A stretch of DNA of 64,000 nt, from positions 54,348 to 118,347 of the forward strand of contig DASTHI010000046.1 in the NCBI GenBank assembly GCA_035718275.1. Reading direction: 5' to 3'. This DNA is from Pseudolabrys sp. (lineage in GTDB: Bacteria; Pseudomonadota; Alphaproteobacteria; Rhizobiales; Xanthobacteraceae). The notes beneath the pieces are model-generated. The model was given only the letters and a program-made list of their open reading frames with translations. It did not search any database and was not told the DNA's origin. The translations under genes and the position numbers were made by a program. Positions 1 to 7,355 of this stretch are shown here, piece by piece (position 1 is the stretch's first letter; every line of letters starts with the position of its first letter).

Positions 1-84
1 GGCGTCACTGATGTCCGGCGCAAGGAGGAAAAGATCCGCCGAGGTGACCGCGTCATTGCAGGCAGGCAACCTACTGTCGGATAG
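1..84 (+). CDS. 3' end of an unidentified CDS running in from the left edge (GVTDVRRKEEKIRRGDRVIAGRQPTVG*)
   Basis: Frame 1 is open from base 1 to TAG at 82-84 and is followed by an AT-rich promoter region. Too short to identify. Confidence 0.3.
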   Translation, partial: GVTDVRRKEEKIRRGDRVIAGRQPTVG

Positions 85-119
85 CAAAGGCTCGGCCTTA
101 ATCAATTCGCGACACTTAC

Positions 120-133
120 TTGATTTTGATCAA
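120..133 (+). promoter_or_regulatory. FNR/FixK-type box TTGAT-TTTG-ATCAA
   Basis: Perfect TTGAT-N4-ATCAA upstream of the 239..691 CDS. Confidence 0.85.
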
Positions 134-238
134 ATCCGAAAGACAGGTTGAGTCTTATATAAAATATGCCATTTCGCGCTGGCGCGCGGCGGTCTACGGC
201 CGGACGAAGTTGTGCATCCGAGCGTGATGGAGATCAAC

Positions 239-691
239 ATGGCCTATCAGCACCAACAATCCCATCACCCTGCGCCCTCGATGATGAATGCCGTTGCAGA
301 TTGGATAACGCGGTATCGCACTGCCGTGAACCAGGAGAGGGAGCTCGCACAGATCGGCCCGAATGAAGTGGCTGCCATAGCAAAGGATATTGGCATATCG
401 AGTCTTGAACTTCACGAGCTCGCGCACAAGGGAGCGAAAGCGGGCGCACTTTTGAAGGAGCTGCTTGTTGCACTGGGCGTCGACCCGGAGGCTCTCGCGA
501 AAATGGATCGGCGCATCGCGCGCGACATGCAATGGCTGTGCATTCATTGCGAAAACTCAAGACGGTGCAGGCACGAGCTTTCAGCCGGGACAGCCGCTGG
601 CAACTTCCGGGCATATTGTCCCAATGCGATCACGATCGAGGAGGTTTTCGGCCTTGAGAATCCTTCGGGTGGACCGACGGTAAAGAGCTAA
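239..691 (+). CDS. DUF6455-like Cys-rich protein
   Basis: ATG 239 with GGAG SD. The C-terminal C-x2-C-x5-C...CPN pattern (CIHCENSRRC...YCPN) matches my recollection of the alphaproteobacterial DUF6455 family. Confidence 0.65.
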   Translation: MAYQHQQSHHPAPSMMNAVADWITRYRTAVNQERELAQIGPNEVAAIAKDIGISSLELHELAHKGAKAGALLKELLVALGVDPEALAKMDRRIARDMQWLCIHCENSRRCRHELSAGTAAGNFRAYCPNAITIEEVFGLENPSGGPTVKS

Positions 692-712
692 AGAAGGCAC
701 CAAACTGACCCT

Positions 713-2059
713 CTAAACGGCGACAGAGTGACGTGCGCGGGCCTCTGTCAAATATTCATCAAAAGCCGCCGCGATCAGGCGCAAATACGGACGCCCCTTC
801 TCATTGACCCGGATGTGGTTCTCCTCGATACGGACAAGGTCATCCGAGACAAAGGGCGCGAGGCCGCCGAGTGCGGGCTCGAAGTATTCCTGCGAATAGT
901 TGTATTCGTCGGCGATCGAGCCGACATCGCAATCAAGATGGCACATCAGTTCTTCGATGACTCGGCCGCGCGCGCGATCGGCAAGTGAAAGCTCAAGTCC
1001 GCGCACGGTAGCCAGACGATTGGATGTGATGGCGCGCGAGTATCCCGCCGTATCGGCGGCATTCTGCACGAAGCCTTGTGGCAGACGACCGATCGCCGAT
1101 GCACCGCACCCGATCAAGGCGTCGGCATCATCGGTCGTATAACCCTGAAAATTCCGATGCAGCTTGCGCCTCCGTACGGCCTCGGCCAAGCTATCGGAGG
1201 GTGCCGCGTAATGATCGAGCCCGATCGGCTCGTATCCCAGCGCAGTCAACGTATCATGAGCTGCAATGGCCTGGGCGAACCGGGCAGTGGAGTCGGGCAA
1301 AGACGACTGGTCGAGAAGCCTCTGATGATGCTTGAGCCAGGGGACATGAGCATAGCCAAAGACGGCAAGGCGTTGCGGTTCAAGTTCATGTACAAGTGCT
1401 ACGCTTCGGCGAATGTCGTCCACTGTCTGATTCGGCAGTCCATACATGAGATCGATATTGATATCGCGAATACCGGCTTCGCGTAGACTGCTGACGGCGT
1501 TGCGAACGATCGAAAACGGCTGGACGCGGCCGATTGCCTGCTGGACATGCGCAGACAGATCCTGAACGCCAAGACTTGCCCGGGTCACACCGATCTCGGC
1601 CAGCGCGCTCACGAGTTCTGTTGTGACGTAGCGCGGGTCGAGCTCGAATGCATGCTCTTCCAATGAGGTCAGGTCAAACCGGACATCGAGTTGCGTCACG
1701 AGATCGCGCAGGCGCTCCGGACCGGCGATCGACGGAGTACCGCCACCCCAGTGAAGATGAACGATCCGCCGACAGCCCATATTGTCCGCGAGCAGATCGA
1801 TTTCCTTAAGCAGCACGTCGACGTAAGCATCGACCGGCGCGAACCGGCGAGTCGCCTTCGTGTGGCACCCGCAATAGAGACATATCTCCTTGCAGAACGG
1901 GACATGAAAGTAGAGCGACACCGTGTCTGATTTCGACAGGTGGCCGAGCCAGGATGCGTATGTGCGCTCGCCTACCGAGGAAACGAAGTGCGGCGCCGTC
2001 GGATAGGACGTGTATCGCGGCACGGCCTTTTGGACAGAGGCGCTGATGTTCGGAAGCAT
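713..2059 (-). CDS. hemN: Oxygen-independent coproporphyrinogen III oxidase (radical SAM)
   Basis: 448 aa. Motifs PRYTSYPTAP, LYFHVPFCKEICLYCGC (CxxxCxxC), HWGGGTPS, DLMYGLP, RNFQGY. Confidence 0.95.
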   Translation of the reverse strand: MLPNISASVQKAVPRYTSYPTAPHFVSSVGERTYASWLGHLSKSDTVSLYFHVPFCKEICLYCGCHTKATRRFAPVDAYVDVLLKEIDLLADNMGCRRIVHLHWGGGTPSIAGPERLRDLVTQLDVRFDLTSLEEHAFELDPRYVTTELVSALAEIGVTRASLGVQDLSAHVQQAIGRVQPFSIVRNAVSSLREAGIRDINIDLMYGLPNQTVDDIRRSVALVHELEPQRLAVFGYAHVPWLKHHQRLLDQSSLPDSTARFAQAIAAHDTLTALGYEPIGLDHYAAPSDSLAEAVRRRKLHRNFQGYTTDDADALIGCGASAIGRLPQGFVQNAADTAGYSRAITSNRLATVRGLELSLADRARGRVIEELMCHLDCDVGSIADEYNYSQEYFEPALGGLAPFVSDDLVRIEENHIRVNEKGRPYLRLIAAAFDEYLTEARARHSVAV

Positions 2060-2092
2060 AAAATACTTATGCGGGTCGCCAGGAACCGTTCA

Positions 2093-2106
2093 TTGATCAA
2101 AATCAA
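2093..2106 (-). promoter_or_regulatory. FNR/FixK-type box TTGAT-CAAA-ATCAA upstream of hemN
   Basis: Perfect consensus, centred about 40.5 nt upstream of the hemN ATG. Confidence 0.9.
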
Positions 2107-2173
2107 CTTGGAATACAAAGCGCGAACGGTGACGCCGTTTTAGTCGCGCGCATCAATCGTGCGCTGGCGCGCC

Positions 2174-2356
2174 TCACACTCTTTTGTCGCTGGGGAAAAC
2201 GCCCTGCGTAATTTCAATGCGACGAAGCTCATCAGCCTTTCGCATGTATTGATCGCCCTTTTCGCGCAATTTTTCGCTCACGTCAGGATTTGAGACCCGA
2301 TTGGACTCTGCGTAGCAAGTCTTCGCAAGCTCAAATAGCTCCCTGACTTTCAGCAT
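2174..2356 (-). CDS. Small (60 aa) helical hypothetical protein
   Basis: ATG with a purine-rich upstream sequence, protein-like composition and its own FNR box at 2416-2429. Confidence 0.65.
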   Translation of the reverse strand: MLKVRELFELAKTCYAESNRVSNPDVSEKLREKGDQYMRKADELRRIEITQGVFPSDKRV

Positions 2357-2415
2357 GGCTCAGCTTCCATAAACGTCAGCCAAAGCCATGTTCGGACTGC
2401 CCTTCGGCTGCGGCC

Positions 2416-2429
2416 TTGATCCAAATCAA
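2416..2429 (-). promoter_or_regulatory. FNR/FixK-type box TTGAT-CCAA-ATCAA
   Basis: Perfect consensus. Class II spacing (-41.5) gives a TSS near 2381, 25 nt before ATG 2356. Confidence 0.85.
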
Positions 2430-2480
2430 TCGAAAGCGTTTTCGACCAGTACGGAGTCCAGTCCGGAATATTGAGCCCTC

Positions 2481-2494
2481 TTGATTTTGCTCAA
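2481..2494 (+). promoter_or_regulatory. FNR/FixK-type box TTGAT-TTTG-CTCAA (1 mismatch)
   Basis: Near-consensus box about 41 nt upstream of a two-hairpin non-coding element. Confidence 0.65.
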
Positions 2495-2528
2495 TGCCGT
2501 CCGTTGCCATGGACGTTAGTTGTTAACC

Positions 2529-2622
2529 CAGCCTGGAGCTTTTCCGAAGCGTCCTCTCCGCTCCAGGTCGCCAATGACTGGACCCTGGCCGAATCTTCAA
2601 GGCTCGGCCGGGGTCTTTTTTT
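2529..2622 (+). ncRNA. Candidate FNR/FixK-activated small RNA (~94 nt)
   Basis: Starts at class II distance from the FNR box. 8-bp stem CCTGGAGC(2532-2539)/GCTCCAGG(2560-2567) with a loop carrying anti-SD-like CCTCTCC, then a 12-bp terminator stem and T7. No plausible CDS here. Confidence 0.55.
2581..2622 (+). terminator. Rho-independent terminator
   Basis: GACCCTGGCCGA(2581-2592)/TCGGCCGGGGTC(2604-2615), one G-U pair, followed by 7 T. Confidence 0.8.
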
Positions 2623-2650
2623 GTCGCGCAAGCCTTCCACTCGGCCAATC

Positions 2651-2664
2651 TTGACTTTGATCAA
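2651..2664 (+). promoter_or_regulatory. FNR/FixK-type box TTGAC-TTTG-ATCAA
   Basis: Near-consensus box upstream of the hemerythrin ATG 2730. Confidence 0.75.
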
Positions 2665-2729
2665 GGATCACAAAATCGCATTGCCTTTACTCGGCGCAGA
2701 ACAGCAGGCAAAAAAATCGGATTTGGCGG

Positions 2730-3158
2730 ATGCGCAGCGTGATCGTCAGGCCATTCAGACAAAGGCTTCTGCCGGAGCGTCTCGGGCATGAGGTGATTGA
2801 CTCTGATCATATGGAAATTTCGGACTGCTGGTTTCGCCTCGTCAACTGCGCACCTCTCCAGTTCCCATTCCTTATCGCCCGCATGAAGAGGCTCATGGAG
2901 AAACATTTCGCGCGCGAAGCGGAAGTGATGAAGATTTTCGACAGAACTCTATGTGTGTGTCATCAGAGAGAGCATGACGCCCTCCTTCGATTTTGCGACA
3001 GCGCTGCGAAGGCAAGCTCACACGATTGGAAACGTTCACAAGCCATGTTGCGTCACGATTTCCCCAGACAAGTTCGCGAGCACATCATCTGCAGGGATCA
3101 ACTCCTGGTTCTGTGCGTCAATACGGATGGCGGCATAGCGTCGTGCGGAACGGCTTGA
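2730..3158 (+). CDS. Single-domain bacteriohemerythrin
   Basis: All seven di-iron ligands are in register: IDSDH, HFARE (HxxxE), HQREH (HxxxH), HIICRD (HxxxxD). Confidence 0.85.
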   Translation: MRSVIVRPFRQRLLPERLGHEVIDSDHMEISDCWFRLVNCAPLQFPFLIARMKRLMEKHFAREAEVMKIFDRTLCVCHQREHDALLRFCDSAAKASSHDWKRSQAMLRHDFPRQVREHIICRDQLLVLCVNTDGGIASCGTA

Positions 3159-3205
3159 GCCGAAGTTGAAAGGCGGCACTCCGGCGAGACATCGAGCTTC
3201 CTAGC

Positions 3206-3219
3206 TTGATCTACATCAA
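3206..3219 (+). promoter_or_regulatory. FNR/FixK-type box TTGAT-CTAC-ATCAA
   Basis: Perfect consensus upstream of the cytochrome b561 gene. Confidence 0.85.
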
Positions 3220-3394
3220 GGCCACCCAACCGCTCTCGTTTAACGAAAGCGAAGAACAAAGACTGACTAGGCCTTCGCGGCAGAGCGATTGCACTGTGTT
3301 CTTCTGCCGTTCAATCTGCTTACATGTCCATGGGAATCCCTAAAAGAATTTCTATCCGATAGAGAGACCTGCACTGCCAACGCCGGCAGACCGT

Positions 3395-4135
3395 TTGGAT
3401 GCACCTGAAATAGACAAAATGAATCCCGCTCAATCGCACATTCCCACGGAGGTTTATTTTGATTTTCTGGGCGGCGCGATTCCAATTCATTGGAATTATC
3501 ACGCCCTACTGATGGTCGGGATCTGGCTCGTTCTCGTTCCAATCTGCATCATCACCATCAGATACGGCAAGCCGAGACCTACTCCCTTCGGCATTAGAAA
3601 GGAGATCCGGCTCAGGCATATCGAATGGTGGTGGTTCAGTGTTCACAAATTCGGCTTCTATATAGCAATCGGCCTGTCGCTCGCCGGCGGGGCTGTCGCA
3701 TTGGCCGTTAGTCGAGGCTTCAGCGGCTCCGTGCACTCAATATTTGGTATTGCGACGATCGCCCTGGGATGCCTGCAGATTGTCTCTGCCTGGCTGCGCG
3801 GTACGCACGGCGGCAGATATTACTTCAAAGCCGATCCCAATGATCCCTCTACGTGGCGTGGCGATCACTTCGACATGACCCCGCGCCGGCGAAAGTTCGA
3901 GGCCTATCATAAGACTGCAGGATATTTCGCCGGCTTTTTCGCGGTGGGTGCGATGGCGTCCGGTTTGATGCAGTACCCTATGCCAATTCTGGCGGGAGTC
4001 ATTTTCGTGGCTGCATTCGTCATTGTTGGCGTGTGCATCTTTCTTGAATACAAGGGTTTGCGATACGACGGTTATCGTGCCGCCTTCGGCAATAATCCGG
4101 ATCACCCGTACAACAAAGCCCGCAGGGATCTGTAA
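3395..4135 (+). CDS. Cytochrome b561 family di-heme membrane protein (start uncertain, possibly ATG 3419)
   Basis: Multiple TM segments with four His in b561 register: HALLM, FSVHK, SVHSIFG, AYHKTAG. Confidence 0.75.
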   Translation: MDAPEIDKMNPAQSHIPTEVYFDFLGGAIPIHWNYHALLMVGIWLVLVPICIITIRYGKPRPTPFGIRKEIRLRHIEWWWFSVHKFGFYIAIGLSLAGGAVALAVSRGFSGSVHSIFGIATIALGCLQIVSAWLRGTHGGRYYFKADPNDPSTWRGDHFDMTPRRRKFEAYHKTAGYFAGFFAVGAMASGLMQYPMPILAGVIFVAAFVIVGVCIFLEYKGLRYDGYRAAFGNNPDHPYNKARRDL

Positions 4136-4295
4136 GCTGCGGCATCGCCGCTGCCCACATGCTCCGGGGCGGCGCCGTACAACTTATGTTCATGCCCGAA
4201 ATGCCGTGGAGGCGCTTGCGGTCGGCGCCATGAAGCTTTAAGCCCGCCCGAACAGGCTACGAGCGAGCAGGATCCGAACATTTGCACGCGGGATC

Positions 4296-5510
4296 ATGAC
4301 GAAGACGAAATCCTCCTCACCCGCCGGTTCCAGCACATCCTGGGTAGAACCCAAGCCGACGGCACTTCTGGTGCTGGCCGACGGCACCGTGCTTGAGGGT
4401 TTTGGACTTGGCGCAACGGGGCATGCGGTCGGAGAGGTCTGCTTCAATACGGCGATGACCGGCTATGAGGAAATCCTCACCGATCCGTCCTATGCGGGGC
4501 AGATCATCACATTCACCTTCCCCCATATCGGCAATGTCGGCACCAACGAGGAAGACATCGAAACCGTCAATATGGCGGCCACGCCCGGTGCGCGCGGGGT
4601 GATTATGCACAGCGCGATCACCGCCCCCTCGAACTACCGTGCTACGCGCCATCTCAATGACTGGCTGAAGGCACGCGGCATCATCGGGCTCGGCGGCATT
4701 GATACGCGCGCATTGACTTCGCTGATCCGCGTCAAGGGTATGCCGAACGCGGTCATCGCACATGAGCCATCGGGGAAATTCGACCTGCCCGCCCTCAAAA
4801 AGGAAGCGAAGGACTGGCCGGGACTCGTCGGTATGGATCTCGTGCCGATGGTGACGAGCGGCCAACGCTTCACTTGGGATGAGATGCCCTGGGTGTGGAA
4901 CGAAGGTTATTCACGTCAGACCAATCCGGAATTCCATGTCGTCGCGATCGATTACGGCATCAAGCGCAACATCCTGCGCCTGCTGGCCGCCACCGGCTGC
5001 AGGGTGACCGTCGTGCCGGCGAAGACCACGGCGGATGAGATCATGGCCCTCAAGCCGGACGGCGTGTTCTTATCCAACGGGCCGGGCGACCCGGCGGCCA
5101 CCGGCGAATACGCAGTCCCGGTCATAAAAAAGCTGATCGACTCCGGCACCCCGACCTTCGGTATTTGCCTAGGTCACCAGATGCTCGGCATCGCGCTCGG
5201 TGGCAAGACCATCAAGATGCATCAGGGCCATCACGGCGCCAATCATCCGGTCAAGGATCTCACAACCGGCAAGGTCGAGATCACCTCGATGAATCACGGC
5301 TTCGCAATCGATAAGAATACGTTGCCCAAGAACGTCGAGCAGACGCATATCTCGTTGTTCGATGGATCGAATTGCGGACTAGCGTTGAACGACAAGCCGG
5401 TGTTCTCGGTACAGTACCATCCTGAAGCGTCGCCCGGGCCCCGCGATAGTCATTATCTCTTTACTCGCTTTACCGAGATGATGCGGCGGGCCAAACAGAA
5501 GATTGCGTAG
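4296..5510 (+). CDS. carA: Carbamoyl-phosphate synthase small subunit
   Basis: GEVCFNTAMTGY, LSNGPGDP, FGICLGHQ (catalytic Cys), QYHPEASPGP. Confidence 0.97.
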   Translation: MTKTKSSSPAGSSTSWVEPKPTALLVLADGTVLEGFGLGATGHAVGEVCFNTAMTGYEEILTDPSYAGQIITFTFPHIGNVGTNEEDIETVNMAATPGARGVIMHSAITAPSNYRATRHLNDWLKARGIIGLGGIDTRALTSLIRVKGMPNAVIAHEPSGKFDLPALKKEAKDWPGLVGMDLVPMVTSGQRFTWDEMPWVWNEGYSRQTNPEFHVVAIDYGIKRNILRLLAATGCRVTVVPAKTTADEIMALKPDGVFLSNGPGDPAATGEYAVPVIKKLIDSGTPTFGICLGHQMLGIALGGKTIKMHQGHHGANHPVKDLTTGKVEITSMNHGFAIDKNTLPKNVEQTHISLFDGSNCGLALNDKPVFSVQYHPEASPGPRDSHYLFTRFTEMMRRAKQKIA

Positions 5511-5542
5511 CACGGTCGACGGCCACAAACCTGTTCACGTTT

Positions 5543-5568
5543 GGAACCGATCGTGATCGTCCTAGGTT
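5543..5568 (+). promoter_or_regulatory. Putative EcfG/RpoE2-type general stress promoter GGAAC-N18-GTT
   Basis: GGAAC at 5543-5547 and GTT at 5566-5568, just upstream of the cupin start. Confidence 0.45.
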
Positions 5569-5580
5569 TGTCGTTTGCTC

Positions 5581-6096
5581 ATGTCGATGCCTCTCGCCTT
5601 CATGTTCAAGGACGACGGCAAGGTGCCGAATAATCCGGTGCTGCCGGCACTCATCTACAAGGCCGCGATTGCGTTGAGCGCGCAAGATCCTGCCAGCACT
5701 ATCGAAAATATCTTTGCGAAGAACGGCTGGGGCCGTGGCCAGTGGCGCAACGGCATCTACCCTTTCGTGCACTACCATTCGATGATCCACGAGGCGCTCG
5801 GCATCGCGCGCGGGCGGGTGCGGGTGCAACTCGGCGGCCTTGCCGGCGAGACGTTCGATTTCGCGGCCGGGGATGTCGCCGTGCTACCTGCTGGCACCGG
5901 ACATCAGCGCCTGTCAGGGAGCCCTGATCTCCTGGTGATCGGAGCCTATCCCGCCGAGGGCACATATAACCTCTGCCGCGGCGATAATCCGGCCGATCGC
6001 GAGAAGGCACTCGTGACGATTCCAAGAGTGCCGGTACCTACCAGCGATCCGGTGCTCGGCAAGGACGGCGATCTGCCGAAGGCGTGGCGACGATAG
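5581..6096 (+). CDS. Cupin domain protein (YjlB-like)
   Basis: PNNP.LP, HYHS..HEALG, GD...LPAGTGH and GAYP motifs. Confidence 0.8.
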   Translation: MSMPLAFMFKDDGKVPNNPVLPALIYKAAIALSAQDPASTIENIFAKNGWGRGQWRNGIYPFVHYHSMIHEALGIARGRVRVQLGGLAGETFDFAAGDVAVLPAGTGHQRLSGSPDLLVIGAYPAEGTYNLCRGDNPADREKALVTIPRVPVPTSDPVLGKDGDLPKAWRR

Positions 6097-6109
6097 CGCA
6101 CCCGTTACT

Positions 6110-6201
6110 CCGTCATTCCCGCGCAATAGGAATCTCCCCTGTCCGATCGACAATCATCTCGATGTCTGCTCCTCGGTGCCCGCTTTCGCGGGGATGGACG
6201 G
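6110..6201. repeat. CGTC-tagged REP-like palindromic element (degenerate)
   Basis: CCGTCATTCCCGCG at 6110-6123 pairs with CGCGGGGATGGACGG at 6187-6201, with internal CCCGCTTTCGCGGG. It resembles the GTCATTCCCGCG...GCGGGAATGAC repeat family. Confidence 0.55.
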
Positions 6202-6256
6202 ATACTGTGCTAATACCGCCCAAGTCTGCACGATAGAAAGCGCCAGCGAGCGAGCC

Positions 6257-6955
6257 ATGAGCGACTGGGTCAACTTCTACGACTTCAAGCATTCGGTGAT
6301 CTATGTGAATGCACGTCACCGCGACGTGCACTATCGAACGATTGCCGAGGACATCCGCGCCTATGTGCCGTCATCGGACGCATATGTGCTGGACTATGGA
6401 TGCGGCGAGGCGACATCGGCCGATCTCGTCGCCGACGCATGTGCCCAATTGGTGCTGGTAGAAGCGGCGCCCAACGTGCGCGCCTCACTCACCATGCGCT
6501 ATGCGGGGAATCCGAAAATCACGGTCGTCGCCGCCGAGCAGGCTGCGGGCCTGCCGAGGTCTTCGTTCGATCTTATTGTCATGCATTCGGTCGCGCAGTA
6601 CCTGACGCCAGCAGAACTCGATCGCCTGCTTGCGATCTTCCACACGCTACTCAAGCCGGATGGACTCTTTATTCTCGGCGATGTCGTGCCGCCGCATCTT
6701 GCGGCACCAGCCGCCGCGCTGTCGCTGCTGCGCTTCGGCGCTGCCAACGGCTTCTTTTGGGCCGCGGCTTTCGGGCTGGCGCGAATCTTCGCTTCCGACT
6801 ACCTGCGCCTGAAAAAAACGGCGGGGCTGTCACATTATACCGAGGCCGCCGCGCTCGAACGTTTGCGCAAAGCCGACTTCAGGGCCAGGCGTGCAGAGCG
6901 GAATATCGGCCATAACCAGTGGCGCATGACCTTTCTTTGTCGGGCATCCGCCTAA
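6257..6955 (+). CDS. Class I SAM-dependent methyltransferase
   Basis: VLDYGCGEA motif I and FDLIVMHSVAQY. ATG 6257 is preferred because the longer start lies inside the REP. Confidence 0.85.
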   Translation: MSDWVNFYDFKHSVIYVNARHRDVHYRTIAEDIRAYVPSSDAYVLDYGCGEATSADLVADACAQLVLVEAAPNVRASLTMRYAGNPKITVVAAEQAAGLPRSSFDLIVMHSVAQYLTPAELDRLLAIFHTLLKPDGLFILGDVVPPHLAAPAAALSLLRFGAANGFFWAAAFGLARIFASDYLRLKKTAGLSHYTEAAALERLRKADFRARRAERNIGHNQWRMTFLCRASA

Positions 6956-7020
6956 TGAAGGTCGGGCAGAACCGCTGACTGCTCGGCCAGCCGTCAGACA
7001 AAAAATTTTCCCTGATCACC

Positions 7021-7066
7021 CAACTAGACGTTGACTAGCGGAAGCCGCCTCGCACTAAATGTAGAT
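7021..7066 (+). promoter_or_regulatory. Tandem NrdR boxes overlapping a sigma70 promoter (TTGACT-N17-ACTAAA)
   Basis: Cores CTAGACGTTG (7024-7033) and CTAAATGTAG (7055-7064) are 31 bp apart, the typical NrdR tandem spacing, and cover the -35 and -10. Confidence 0.7.
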
Positions 7067-7067
7067 G

Positions 7068-7245
7068 TCACGGTCTCTCGATTCTGGTCGAGAGCTAAGA
7101 GGGAAACCGGTGAGCTGACGGCAAAGCCGGTGCTGCCCCCGCAACTGTAAGCGGCGAGTGTCTGCCATCATTGTCACTGGTGCGCGAATGCACCGGGAAG
7201 GCCCGGCAGACGCAGCGACCCGCGAGCCAGGAGACCTGCCGTGAT
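7068..7245 (+). ncRNA. Cobalamin (AdoCbl) riboswitch
   Basis: Hallmark segments AAGAGGGAAACCGGTG, GCCGGTGCTGCCCCCGCAACTGTAAG, GTCACTG, CCGGGAAGG, GAGCCAGGAGACCTGCC, located upstream of a B12-independent RNR. Confidence 0.95.
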
Positions 7246-7355
7246 CGAACGAACGTCCTCGGGCGGGGTGCCTGGTGGGTCGCTTGCCGCCGAGGTGCGC
7301 TCGGTTTCCTGCAAGTCATCCACTAGGCCCGTGCCCCAACATCGCGGGGTTGCCG

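Noticed and set aside
2471-2791. 106-aa ORF crossing the candidate sRNA
   Set aside because: It starts with TTG and has no SD, runs through an FNR box, a T7 terminator and a second FNR box, and overlaps the hemerythrin gene.
4140-4290. Possible decayed yqeY remnant upstream of carA, where relatives often have a divergent yqeY
   Set aside because: Only a vague ~15-nt resemblance on the minus strand, which cannot be supported without an alignment.
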